In this document: piece after piece, positions 1 to 8,817 of the stretch | Layout: every line of letters begins with the position of its first letter | Position numbering within the stretch: position 1 is the first letter of the stretch | From: Chrysochromulina tobinii | Taxonomy: Eukaryota | DNA length: 34,711 nt | NCBI GenBank assembly: GCA_001275005.1 | Contig: JWZX01003209.1 | Span: 1-34,711, forward strand | Reading direction: 5' to 3' | Program-made: the position numbers and the translations under genes | Notes under the pieces: model-generated | What the model was told of the DNA's origin: nothing | Database searches by the model: none | Seen by the model: the letters and a program-made list of their open reading frames with translations, nothing else

Positions 1-581
1 GTCCCAGTCCGGACCGGGACGGCCCAGCCCGCTGGGACGTCCCACGCAAACCTGGTCCGGCCCAATTTTTTCCCCGTTGCTAAGTGAGGCATAGCGGTCA
101 GCGCCGCGCCCGCCCAGGCCCACAGGACGGCGTCCACTGTGCCGCGATCAGCAGCTGTCCCAAGGAGCGAGACTGAGCGCTGTGGAAATCTTCTTTGTGA
201 TGTCGAAACTACTCTCTAGTATGATTTGTGACCGTCCTTTGTTCTCGAGTATGCAGGATGAGTATCTAAATCATGAAACTGAAACCGCCCCACGCGCACG
301 CACGTACGCACGCCCATGTTTTCATGTGTTGAAAAAAGGGAGTACAGCTGGGAGGGCGAGCGAAAATTTGTGCCGGCACCCGCTCCCCAGTCCAGACCAC
401 CCACACGACCCCCTTGGCGTCAATCTTGGCCACCAAGCCCTGAGCCCTGTAAGGTACCGCCGCCGCCACGGGCATTTACAGCTTGGCCCACACCATGCTG
501 CCAACGCCCAGCTCGGGCCCACGCTGCCGGCGGCGCGCCTCGACCTGAGTGTGAACCTGATTCCTGAGTGTGAATGTGAAT

Positions 582-612
582 GCTGATGACCGCTGATGGC
601 CGCTGATGACCG
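582..612. repeat. 10-nt tandem repeat x3 (gctgatgacc/gctgatggcc), adjacent to tgagtg/tgaatg repeats
   Basis: Seen directly in intergenic sequence. Confidence 0.7.
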
Positions 613-898
613 AGTGTGGAGCTGTGGACTGAGTGCCCCCCTGTCGTTCGACCGGTCTGAGCGCTGTTCTCTCGTAATCCAAATACCGGTCAAGTTGAGC
701 GAAGTCGCCGTTGTGTGTGTAGAACATAAATACTCTCAGTGTGAACGATCTCGGTGTTTTTAGCTCACCCGGAGGTTGAGTGCGCGCCGGGTGAGCCGAA
801 ACCTGCATCATCAACACGCTGAAAGAAGGAGGGAGGATTCGGTCCTGCGCGCTTCGCGCCGCCTCGTTTTCCTCGGAAACCGCCGGAGGCGGCGGGGA

Positions 899-2258
899 AT
901 GGCGCACGAGGGGGAGTCGACCGATCACCTCGAGGACCTGAGCGGTGGCGGCGGAGGCTCACGCTCCACCCGCGTGCTCGCGACCATCGTGACGTGGACA
1001 ATATCGGCCTTTAAGACCCGAGGCATCAACATCGACCCGTCCTTCAAGCTGGACCGAAGTGCACTCAAGCGCGTGACGCGTGTGGTCATGGTGCTCCCGC
1101 TTGTCAACGGTGCCGCCGCACTGCTCGAGCTGCTGTCACGCCTGATCCTGCTCATTCTATTCCTCGCCCTCTCGTGTGCGCCGCGCCACCGCACGGTCAT
1201 GGTGGAGCGATTCCGCGCGACGATGAGGATGCACGTGCAGTCCGTGCGGCGCCTGTCCTCGCTGACGGACGTGGAAGACACGAGCGCGCGCCGCCGCAAG
1301 TCGTCGCTCCCACCCGAGGCCACCGTGCTCATTGTCGGGCACTCCGCCGTCGGCAAGACGGCTCTGGGCGATGCGCTTCATCGTCTCGCCCGAAAGGTGG
1401 GCTCGCAACCGCCGCCGCGTGCGTGCGTGCTCACAGCCCGGCCGTCGCGCATCATGCTCACTCCCCTGCCGCCCCCCTGCCGCTCCCCTGCCAACTTGCG
1501 CTCCCGGCTCACGCACGCGCATCCGCATCGGCTCACAGGCGGGGCGCGAGGACGGGCTGGTGGTTGCCGAGTCCCACGGGCTGTTGCTGCCGTCGCTCGA
1601 GGCGTTTCCGGAGCTCAAGCTGCTGATCATCGTGTGGGAGGCGGCGCTCGGCACGTCGCTGCCGGCGTACGTGGCCAACTACACGAAGCAGCTCGAGCAG
1701 AAGAACGCGCCGCCGCCGCGCTCGCTCTTTCAGCGGACCCTCAGCATCGGGGCGGGGGGGGCGGCGAGCACCGGGAGCGTCGACGCCACGCCCTCGGCGG
1801 TCACCGAGTCGCTGCCGCATCACACGCGCCAGACCTCCGACGCGACCACTCCAACGGCCGAGCCGGACGCGAGTAGCGTCACAGCTGCCGGTACTCTTGA
1901 TAGGGCGGCGCCTGCTCCGGACGCGAGGAAGAGGGAGGGCGACGCCCGCCTCTCAACAGTAGGGTCAAAACTGGGCGCGATGGACGCCCCGTCGCCGCCG
2001 ACTGCTCCCGCCGCGGCTCCTCCGGCTGCAGAGCTTGCTGGCGCTGAGGGCGCCGCGACGGAGAGCGGTGCCTTCAACTTGAGCAAGCTGCGGGTACTGG
2101 TCGTGTGCAACAAAACGGACACGATGCCGTGCCCCATGCCGCAGATCCGCGGGCTCAAGCCGGAGCACGCGTTCATCGCCGTGAGCGCTTTGCGGTGCAC
2201 GAACCTGGGCCATATGTGGACGATGGTCGCTCCTGTGCTGTCGCTGGCCTCGGACTAG
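899..2258 (+). CDS. Atypical Ras-superfamily-like P-loop GTPase with an N-terminal hydrophobic segment; 2 exons (899-1396, 1539-2258), ~405 aa
   Basis: G1 VLIVGHSAVGKT lies in ORF 776-1876. G4 VLVVCNKTD and G5 IAVSAL lie in ORF 1332-2258. A phase-0 GT..AG intron (AAG|gtgggc...ctcacag|GCG) joins the two frames. Confidence 0.75.
1397..1538 (+). other. Spliceosomal intron (142 nt)
   Basis: gtgggc donor, ctcacag acceptor, C-rich; removal restores the frame between G1 and G4/G5. Confidence 0.75.
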
Positions 2259-2651
2259 ACCGCGAAGTTGACGAGGCTCACGCCCCCGGCGACGAGATGC
2301 CAGCAGCCGTGCTGGCGAATGGACGGCGGCACTCTTCGAATATAGCACGCGCCGCAGGGTGATCTGGAGGGTGATCTGAGGACAATGGCATCGCGATGTG
2401 TGCCGTTGTGCTATTGGACAGTCACGGGTGTCACGAACGGTCGCCGAGACCTGCGAACCCCGCGGACCGTCAGAGCGCAGAGACGGGGGCACTGTGTAGG
2501 CTCAGTAGTGCACGCGATCGAGATAGAACGCGTCCCCGGGAAACCCGAGCGACGCGCGCGAGATAATACCGAACTCAAAGGTGGCTTCGTACCGCGAAAC
2601 AGTTTAAACAGTTGGTTGTACCTCGCGCGCCCGCTGCCGATCTGTTACAAC

Positions 2652-3367
2652 TTACATGCCTTTGCGGACAGGACTGACGATGGAGTCATCCTCGTCTCTC
2701 CTCTTCTGACTGGAGGTTGGAAAGATGGAACGCAAGTCGCTGAATGAGGTGGCCTCGTCGTCCTCGAGTCGGAAGCGCTGGCGAATGCGCCGCGCTTCCG
2801 AGCAGACCATGTAAAAGGCGCTCAAGACGATCACAGAAGCAACCATAGCCACCTCAGGCTCCATGAGTATCCACGTCACCGCGAAGACGCAGCCGAGGGT
2901 CGCGAGCACGCCGGCGCCGAATAAGGAGAAGATGAATGTCCGTTCGCTGTTCATCGCATCAACGGCGTAATCCATCGATCCATCCTCGCCGCGCAGCGCC
3001 TTGCCGCCGCCCCAGACGTTCACAAAGGTGACCATAGCTACGCAGGTGAAGTTGACGCAGATGGAGCAGGTCACGAAGAAGTGCAGCATCGTCTGCGCAG
3101 CGCAGGGCGGGTCCGGTCAGCGGCGACGGTCCACATAGGCAGGCAGTGTGGCGAGGGCGCGCTCCAGGCTGCAGACACCTTGGCAAGTTGCTTCTCAGGC
3201 GGCAGATCTATCTCGACAAACGTGGTTAGCGTGAAGCCCGCCATGATGGCCGACTGCGTGCAAATGGCGGAGAAGTTCTGGTTGAAGAGCTTGAGCTCCT
3301 TTTCGCGTAGCTCGATGGAGCGCTGCTTCACGTTGCTCTGCAGCAAGAGCTTGTCGGCGGCCAGCAT
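2652..3367 (-). CDS. Orai/CRAC-channel-like 4-TM protein; 2 exons (3367-3179, 3092-2652), ~209 aa
   Basis: TM1-like TQSAIMAGFTLTTFVEIDL resembles Orai1 TM1 (RTSALLSGFAMVAMVEVQL). Three more hydrophobic helices follow. A phase-0 intron joins ORFs 3071-3457 and 2652-3089 (LAK|TMLHFF). Confidence 0.7.
3093..3178 (-). other. Spliceosomal intron (86 nt)
   Basis: AAG|gtgtct...ctgcgcag|ACG on the minus strand; joins the two ORFs in frame. Confidence 0.8.
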
Positions 3368-3519
3368 CAGGAGCAGAGAATTGAGGTGTGAACAGCTTAC
3401 TTCAGGTGAAACTCGACACCCAAGACCCGGACCGGCATGCATAGAAAGACAACGCACTTTCCGTGCCTCACATCAACTCGCGTTCGCTCGCACGAAGGCC
3501 ACCCGGCCAGGGCTCCGCG

Positions 3520-4461
3520 ATGATCAAGCGCGTCTTCATCACCGGCGGCACGCACGGCAACGAAGCGTGCGGCGTGGTGCTTGCCAAGCACTTCATGGCG
3601 AGCCCGGAGCTCTTCTCTGGCTTCTCGTTTGATACCACGGTGATGTTGACAAACGTCGCATCAATTGGAACGAACACGCGGTATGTGGAGGAGGACATGA
3701 ACCGCTGCTTCTTCAAGGCAGATCTCGACGATCCCACCAAGACCGCCACGCTCGAGGCGAGGCGCGCCAAAGAACTCAACGCCGTCTTCGGCCCAAAGGG
3801 AACCAGTGCCGCCGCAGACTTCATCATTGACTTGCACAACACCACGGCGGCCACAGGTGTGGCGCTGATGATGTCGCCCACGGACGAGTTGGGCCATGCG
3901 ATCGCCGCCCACCTTATCGCGCTCGATCCGAGCGTGAAGGTGTGCAACTGGAACGCGACGCAGGCCGACTGGCCCATGCTGCCATCCGTCGGGAAGCACG
4001 GTATGACCTTTGAGGTCGGGCCGGTGCCATGGGGTGTGGTCGACGGAGCCGTGTACAAGCAGACGCGCCGCCTCGTCCTCGCCGCGCTCGATTACGTCGA
4101 GGCGCACAACGCCGCCCTGGCGAGGGACGGACCCTGGTCGTCCAGCACGGTGCAGGTTCACAGCTTCGTGCGCTCCGTCGACTACCCACGAGACGCCAGC
4201 GGCGAGCTCGCCGGCGTCATCCACCCGCAGCTGCAGGGCCGGGACTTTGGGAGGCTCGCGCGCGGCGATCCGGCCTTCCTCGCGCTCGATGGCCAGACTA
4301 CCATCCCGTACACGGCACCGGAGGAGGAGGTGGAGGAGCTCTTTCCATTCTTCATCAACGAGGCCGCGTACTATGAGAAGAAGACGGCCTTCATGCTCGC
4401 CCGCCGCATCGACCGCCCCGTACAGGTCGCCAAGCAATCGCCCCAGTACGAGCTGAGCTGA
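3520..4461 (+). CDS. ASPA: Aspartoacylase (M14 Zn-carboxypeptidase fold, AstE/AspA family)
   Basis: Motifs GGTHGNE, RYVEEDMNRCF, FIIDLHNTT, TFEVGP, VDYPR, IHPQLQGRDF and PFFINEAAYYEK; ATG at 3520. Confidence 0.93.
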   Translation: MIKRVFITGGTHGNEACGVVLAKHFMASPELFSGFSFDTTVMLTNVASIGTNTRYVEEDMNRCFFKADLDDPTKTATLEARRAKELNAVFGPKGTSAAADFIIDLHNTTAATGVALMMSPTDELGHAIAAHLIALDPSVKVCNWNATQADWPMLPSVGKHGMTFEVGPVPWGVVDGAVYKQTRRLVLAALDYVEAHNAALARDGPWSSSTVQVHSFVRSVDYPRDASGELAGVIHPQLQGRDFGRLARGDPAFLALDGQTTIPYTAPEEEVEELFPFFINEAAYYEKKTAFMLARRIDRPVQVAKQSPQYELS

Positions 4462-5076
4462 TCAGACGGGTCACCCAGGGCGGGATGGCTGACGCGCCGA
4501 CCCGGCGCCGGTCGCCGGGCGCGTCTCGAGGGCGCGTCGCGTCGTTCTGGGCCGTCTGGGCTCGACCTGGGTACCTCCGTGAAGCCGGGCGGTTTCATCA
4601 GCACTATCTGTACGCCCGTGAGTGAGTTATGTTCATTGTTGCCAAGCCATCGCCAAACAAACCTTAAATAACTGAACAGCGGTCCGCCGCGCGGTGTATA
4701 GCTGTACGGGACGTTCGGCGCGGACCCGTCGTGCCGTCTCGCCCGTGCGAAAGCGCGGACCGCGGTGTGCGCGCGGACTGCCGTTCGATCGCCGGTCCAG
4801 CTACCAGCACGGTCGCGAATGCGATGCATGTGTTTAAAATTGATATAAAAACAAAATAAAATATTATGAGGTTGCCCGAAACCGCTACCGGCGCAGGTAT
4901 TCGCGAGACCTCACCGCATCGCGCGGATCGCAACACGGGGGACGGCCACCGCCGGGGACGTCAGCCAGTCGTCGGCTCGTCGCACCTGGTCGGACGCACT
5001 CACAGTCAAAATGTGAGGACAAACAATACAACGACGTCTTCGTATATACTCGACGTCACTACAGCTCTCTCAACGG

Positions 5077-7236
5077 TCACAAGAGCTCGACATCATCATC
5101 TTGCTCTTGAAGCGCGCGCACCTTGGACGTCGGCCGTTGTCGGTCGTTCATCTCACTCTCGCCCAGCCCGGCGGCATCCACCGAGTCGTACGGCAGCCCT
5201 CGCCAACTCGCCATCGCACACGCTACTGCGCCAAGGAGCATCGCGGCCGCCAGCGCGACGAGGTAGATGGCCGCGTACAGATAGCCCATGCACCCATGCA
5301 GCGTCGATCGATCGGACGTCACCGCGTCGGCATCGTCACACACGTCGTCGGTCCCCAGACGGAGCGGCAAGCGCCCGTAGCTGGCGCCGCGGCGTAGGGG
5401 TGGGAGCACGCTGCGGCGTACGTCGGCCGTGAGCGCCATCTCATTCGGCCCCAAACAGTAGACGGACCATGCCGTCGGGTCCCGCGCCACCGCATCGTTC
5501 GCGGTCCAAAGTTCGTACGAGGCGGCCACAGCGGCCACGTCATCTTCGCGGAGCCGCTGAGCGCCGTGTCCGGCGCGCTCTCCGGAGCGCCCGTGGGCCG
5601 GTGGGCGGGCGAACGCTACCTCGAGCGTCGATGAGCTGTACCGTGCAAATGCCGTGTCGAGCCACTTGCCGCCGACGGAGCCGCCCCCTGTGAACAGCCG
5701 CCCCCCGACGCGCCCGTCACCCACGTTGGTGGCGGCCTCTGCCAAAGGGCTGGCGCCACGAGGGTTGGCAATACTGGTGATTATCAGGCGCTCTCCGGCG
5801 GCATCGAACAGGCGAACCTCGCCAAGCTGCAAGCAGTCGCAACAGCCGCCGCTGCAGCATGTCCAGAGAGCGCCCCCTTCGAGGAAGTCTCCGACGGTCG
5901 CCCTCTGATCGCGCAGGCAATCGGCAGTCCCTCGTGTGCGCGTAAACCGGAACTCACAAACCCCAAGAGAGGGGGGCGCTGGTGGCGGCGGCGAGGGCGA
6001 GGGTGGCGAGGGCGGCGAGGGCGGGCGCTTCACATTCGACGGCGGCGGCGGGAACGGTGGCGTGGGCGGCGGCGGTGGTGGTGGCGGCGGTGAGCGCGGA
6101 GGCGCGGGCGCCCTCGGTGGCAGCGCCGGCCCTCCATCGCATCGCAAGCGCGCATCTTCGGCATGAGTGCAGTCTTCCACACCCCAGCCGGCGAACGGGC
6201 AGTGCTCCAGGCGCGCCTCGGTGCCCTCGCACATCAGCGCGTCCATCCACACCCTATCAGAGCTTCGGCGCGTAGCTGCTGCCAGCTCCTGAGGGCTATC
6301 TGTCGCCGCGTGCACTGCTGACAGCGAGTGTGCGCCGCGCCATCCTAGCTGGCGACATGCGACGCGCGCCTCCGCCAAGCCAAAGCGGTCGTCGCAGACG
6401 GTGCCCCACTCGCCCGCGTGGAAGATCTCGAGCCGCCCCTCCGCGGTGCTCCCGCCGTCACTCAGTCGCAGGTCGCCCTCGGCCGCAGGCGGTGGTGGCG
6501 CGGAAGGTGGGAGGAGCGGTTTAGTTGGCGGCGAGGGCGGCGCGGGCCGGTAAAGGGCGAAAACACCGTAGCTCGCTCCACGGGTTTCAGGTGCACTGAT
6601 GCCGGTCTGGTGGTCGATCAGCTCAATCCGGATCCCGTCGGCCTCGCTCTCATCGCTCGTCCAGCACCGTACTGACCACGACGTCGGGTCCCGCCACGCG
6701 GCGTCGTTCGCACTCACGAGCTCGTATGAGCGAACGGGATCGTCAGTGTCGAGCTCGAGCTCGAGGACCGAGGAGCCGGCGCGCCCGGGAGAGAAACCCT
6801 CGCGAAAGCCCAAGTCGACCCACTTGGTCTCCAAGCTGCCGTCCACGACCATGCTGGGGCCTTGCGATGGCGGCGAGCGGCCGGCAGGGTTGGCAATGGA
6901 GGTAACGTTGAGGGGTATCATGCCGGAACCGGTGCAACCGCCTCGTTGTCCGCACGCGGATCTGCCGTACAGCCGGACTTCAGCCAGCTGGAGACATTTG
7001 CAGCAGCCAAACGAGCACTCTTCGTTGTCCTCGCGCACTTCCGTGAATGTAAACAGACACTTTTGGGCCGGCTCTATATTGCGAGGGATAATGCGCTCGG
7101 CCAGCTGGCGGCGGACGAAATGAGAGCATGACTCTGAGCATGTGGCGGCTGCTAGCGCTGTGACCCACAGCGCTGCTACAGCGGCGGCACAAGCAGCACA
7201 GATCACGGAAGCGAGCACGACCGGCCGATTCGCCAT
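5077..7236 (-). CDS. Type I membrane/cell-surface protein: two discoidin/F5-8-like beta-sandwich domains flanking an SRCR domain, with Pro-rich spacers and a C-terminal TM
   Basis: Hydrophobic N-terminus. SRCR motif LRLSDGG..EGRLEIFHAGEWGTVCDD..ACRQLG..WMDALMCEGTE..LEHC..WG..DCTHAEDA..C at ~6140-6471. Duplicated LQL(A/G)EVRL..ANP.G.SP..DG..KW.D..SYEL..AND...RDPT.WSV.C. TM LYAAIYLVALAAAMLLGAVACAM. Confidence 0.85.
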   Translation of the reverse strand: MANRPVVLASVICAACAAAVAALWVTALAAATCSESCSHFVRRQLAERIIPRNIEPAQKCLFTFTEVREDNEECSFGCCKCLQLAEVRLYGRSACGQRGGCTGSGMIPLNVTSIANPAGRSPPSQGPSMVVDGSLETKWVDLGFREGFSPGRAGSSVLELELDTDDPVRSYELVSANDAAWRDPTSWSVRCWTSDESEADGIRIELIDHQTGISAPETRGASYGVFALYRPAPPSPPTKPLLPPSAPPPPAAEGDLRLSDGGSTAEGRLEIFHAGEWGTVCDDRFGLAEARVACRQLGWRGAHSLSAVHAATDSPQELAAATRRSSDRVWMDALMCEGTEARLEHCPFAGWGVEDCTHAEDARLRCDGGPALPPRAPAPPRSPPPPPPPPPTPPFPPPPSNVKRPPSPPSPPSPSPPPPAPPSLGVCEFRFTRTRGTADCLRDQRATVGDFLEGGALWTCCSGGCCDCLQLGEVRLFDAAGERLIITSIANPRGASPLAEAATNVGDGRVGGRLFTGGGSVGGKWLDTAFARYSSSTLEVAFARPPAHGRSGERAGHGAQRLREDDVAAVAASYELWTANDAVARDPTAWSVYCLGPNEMALTADVRRSVLPPLRRGASYGRLPLRLGTDDVCDDADAVTSDRSTLHGCMGYLYAAIYLVALAAAMLLGAVACAMASWRGLPYDSVDAAGLGESEMNDRQRPTSKVRALQEQDDDVELL

Positions 7237-7470
7237 GTCGGTGTCGGCACCCTTTCACAGGACAAGTTCCGTCAAGACACAAGGCGGTACCGGTACGTTT
7301 CCCGTCACGTTTCTCAGCGTCACACACTCTCGGAGCATGAATGTTCCGTGTAAACACTTTGCGGCTGCAAGCACATGTGACGAACCTCGATCTAACGTCA
7401 AAAAGGGCACAAATGTCCCAGATTACGACCCGTCCACTCGTCCGTCTCATTTCGTCGATCTCAGGGCATC

Positions 7471-8394
7471 ATGGCGGACTTCGACTGGTGGCCGCGTGCA
7501 CGCCTGCAGACTCTCGCAGCAAAGCTTCGATCGAAGCCATTGCCGCCCGTCAGTAATCTCGCGTTTTGGCGCGAGGTGTCCGCAGCTTGCCAAGGGCTTA
7601 CCGATGACGAAGACGGGCTCAAGGAGCTCGCACAAGATGTCCACAGTGAGGTAGCAGCCTGGAACGAGTGCGTGGAGATTGACGACAGTGCTGTAATCGC
7701 GGGCGATCTTAGCCTGGCCGAATCGCGCGTCATGCTCATGATGAAGGGCGTGAAGGGCATTGTGTACGCCGCATCGCATCAGATGGACCCGCTCTGGAAG
7801 GATGATGGCATCCAATACCACACCTTATACGTCTCCATCGCGAACACGCAGGGACAGGCGCTCGCCAAGCAGCTCGAGAGCACTTGCGCCTTCCTTAGAA
7901 AGCACAAGCCGTGCCTCGTCTGCTCATCGTGCCCAAAGCTCCGCGCCACCATCATGGCGGCCGCAATCATCGATGACGGCAGAGTCGTCGACGGAGTGGC
8001 GCTCCCCAGGCTCACTGACGTCCAGGCGGCCCTCGACATGCTGAGCCGGAGCGGCTTGGGCGAGGCGAAGGACCTGATCGGCTCGTCCGAGTGGGATGCA
8101 CTTGAGGCATTCGCTGAGATGCATGACGAGCATCCTCAGAATCCGCGGCGCCTGCTCAGCGTGCAAAAGTCTCCGGTCATGGCCGGCAAGCGGGGCGATG
8201 TCGAAGCCCTGATCTCGCCCAAGTCGAAGCGGAACAGGCTGGAGGCGGACGAAGACCTGGACGGATGTGAGCCGAGCTCTTCGGGGCTTACCCCCACGAT
8301 TCGCAAATCGTCCTTGGGCGACCCGACTCTGATCATCGAGCATGGTCACGTCCGTTCCCGGCGCTGGGAGCGGCTGAGCGAGGAGACCTTCTGA
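7471..8394 (+). CDS. Dual-specificity-phosphatase-fold protein, probably catalytically inactive
   Basis: 307-aa ORF. The central region follows the DSP pattern (EIDDSAVIAGDL..AES..L..KGVKGIV..GIQYHTL..L..QLE..CAFL..CLVCSSCPKLRATIMAA). The tail contains basic/SP motifs (SPKSKR). Confidence 0.55.
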   Translation: MADFDWWPRARLQTLAAKLRSKPLPPVSNLAFWREVSAACQGLTDDEDGLKELAQDVHSEVAAWNECVEIDDSAVIAGDLSLAESRVMLMMKGVKGIVYAASHQMDPLWKDDGIQYHTLYVSIANTQGQALAKQLESTCAFLRKHKPCLVCSSCPKLRATIMAAAIIDDGRVVDGVALPRLTDVQAALDMLSRSGLGEAKDLIGSSEWDALEAFAEMHDEHPQNPRRLLSVQKSPVMAGKRGDVEALISPKSKRNRLEADEDLDGCEPSSSGLTPTIRKSSLGDPTLIIEHGHVRSRRWERLSEETF

Positions 8395-8817
8395 GACGCC
8401 TCGACTGAGAGCGTGTTCAGCACGCGTGGGCTGCAAAGAGGCTCACGCGGGCTTGACGGTGGCCAAGACGGCGATGATCGCATGGGAAACACAGTTTAGG
8501 TGGCATGAGTCGGCAAGGCACGCATAAGTGTGCTGTACTCTCGCCCCCAGAGACAGGGCGAGCAGTGAGGAGCAGTGAGGAGGAGAAGCGGGTGAACTGG
8601 AGAGAAAGCTGAAAGGCGCAACCGTAACGTCCGTGTAGCGAGTACTCAGTACTTTCGTGGACGGGGGGCACCGGAGCCGTACTTACGGTAGAGACGGTGG
8701 TGAAGAGAGCGCGGTACCACGGGTTCAGCGCCGCGCGCGCGATATACGATTTACTGACGAAACCTACGGTTCTGTAAAGGTGTGTGCGGACTTCTATGTT
8801 GATGTTTGCCGGGTTCA

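Noticed and set aside
182..898. Short ORFs at the window start
   Set aside because: No motifs, low coding-like bias, and they contain simple repeats.
4466..4580. Hairpins after the aspartoacylase TGA (possible SECIS or read-through signal)
   Set aside because: Very GC-rich sequence folds by chance, I see no SECIS core, and the protein is already complete at the TGA.
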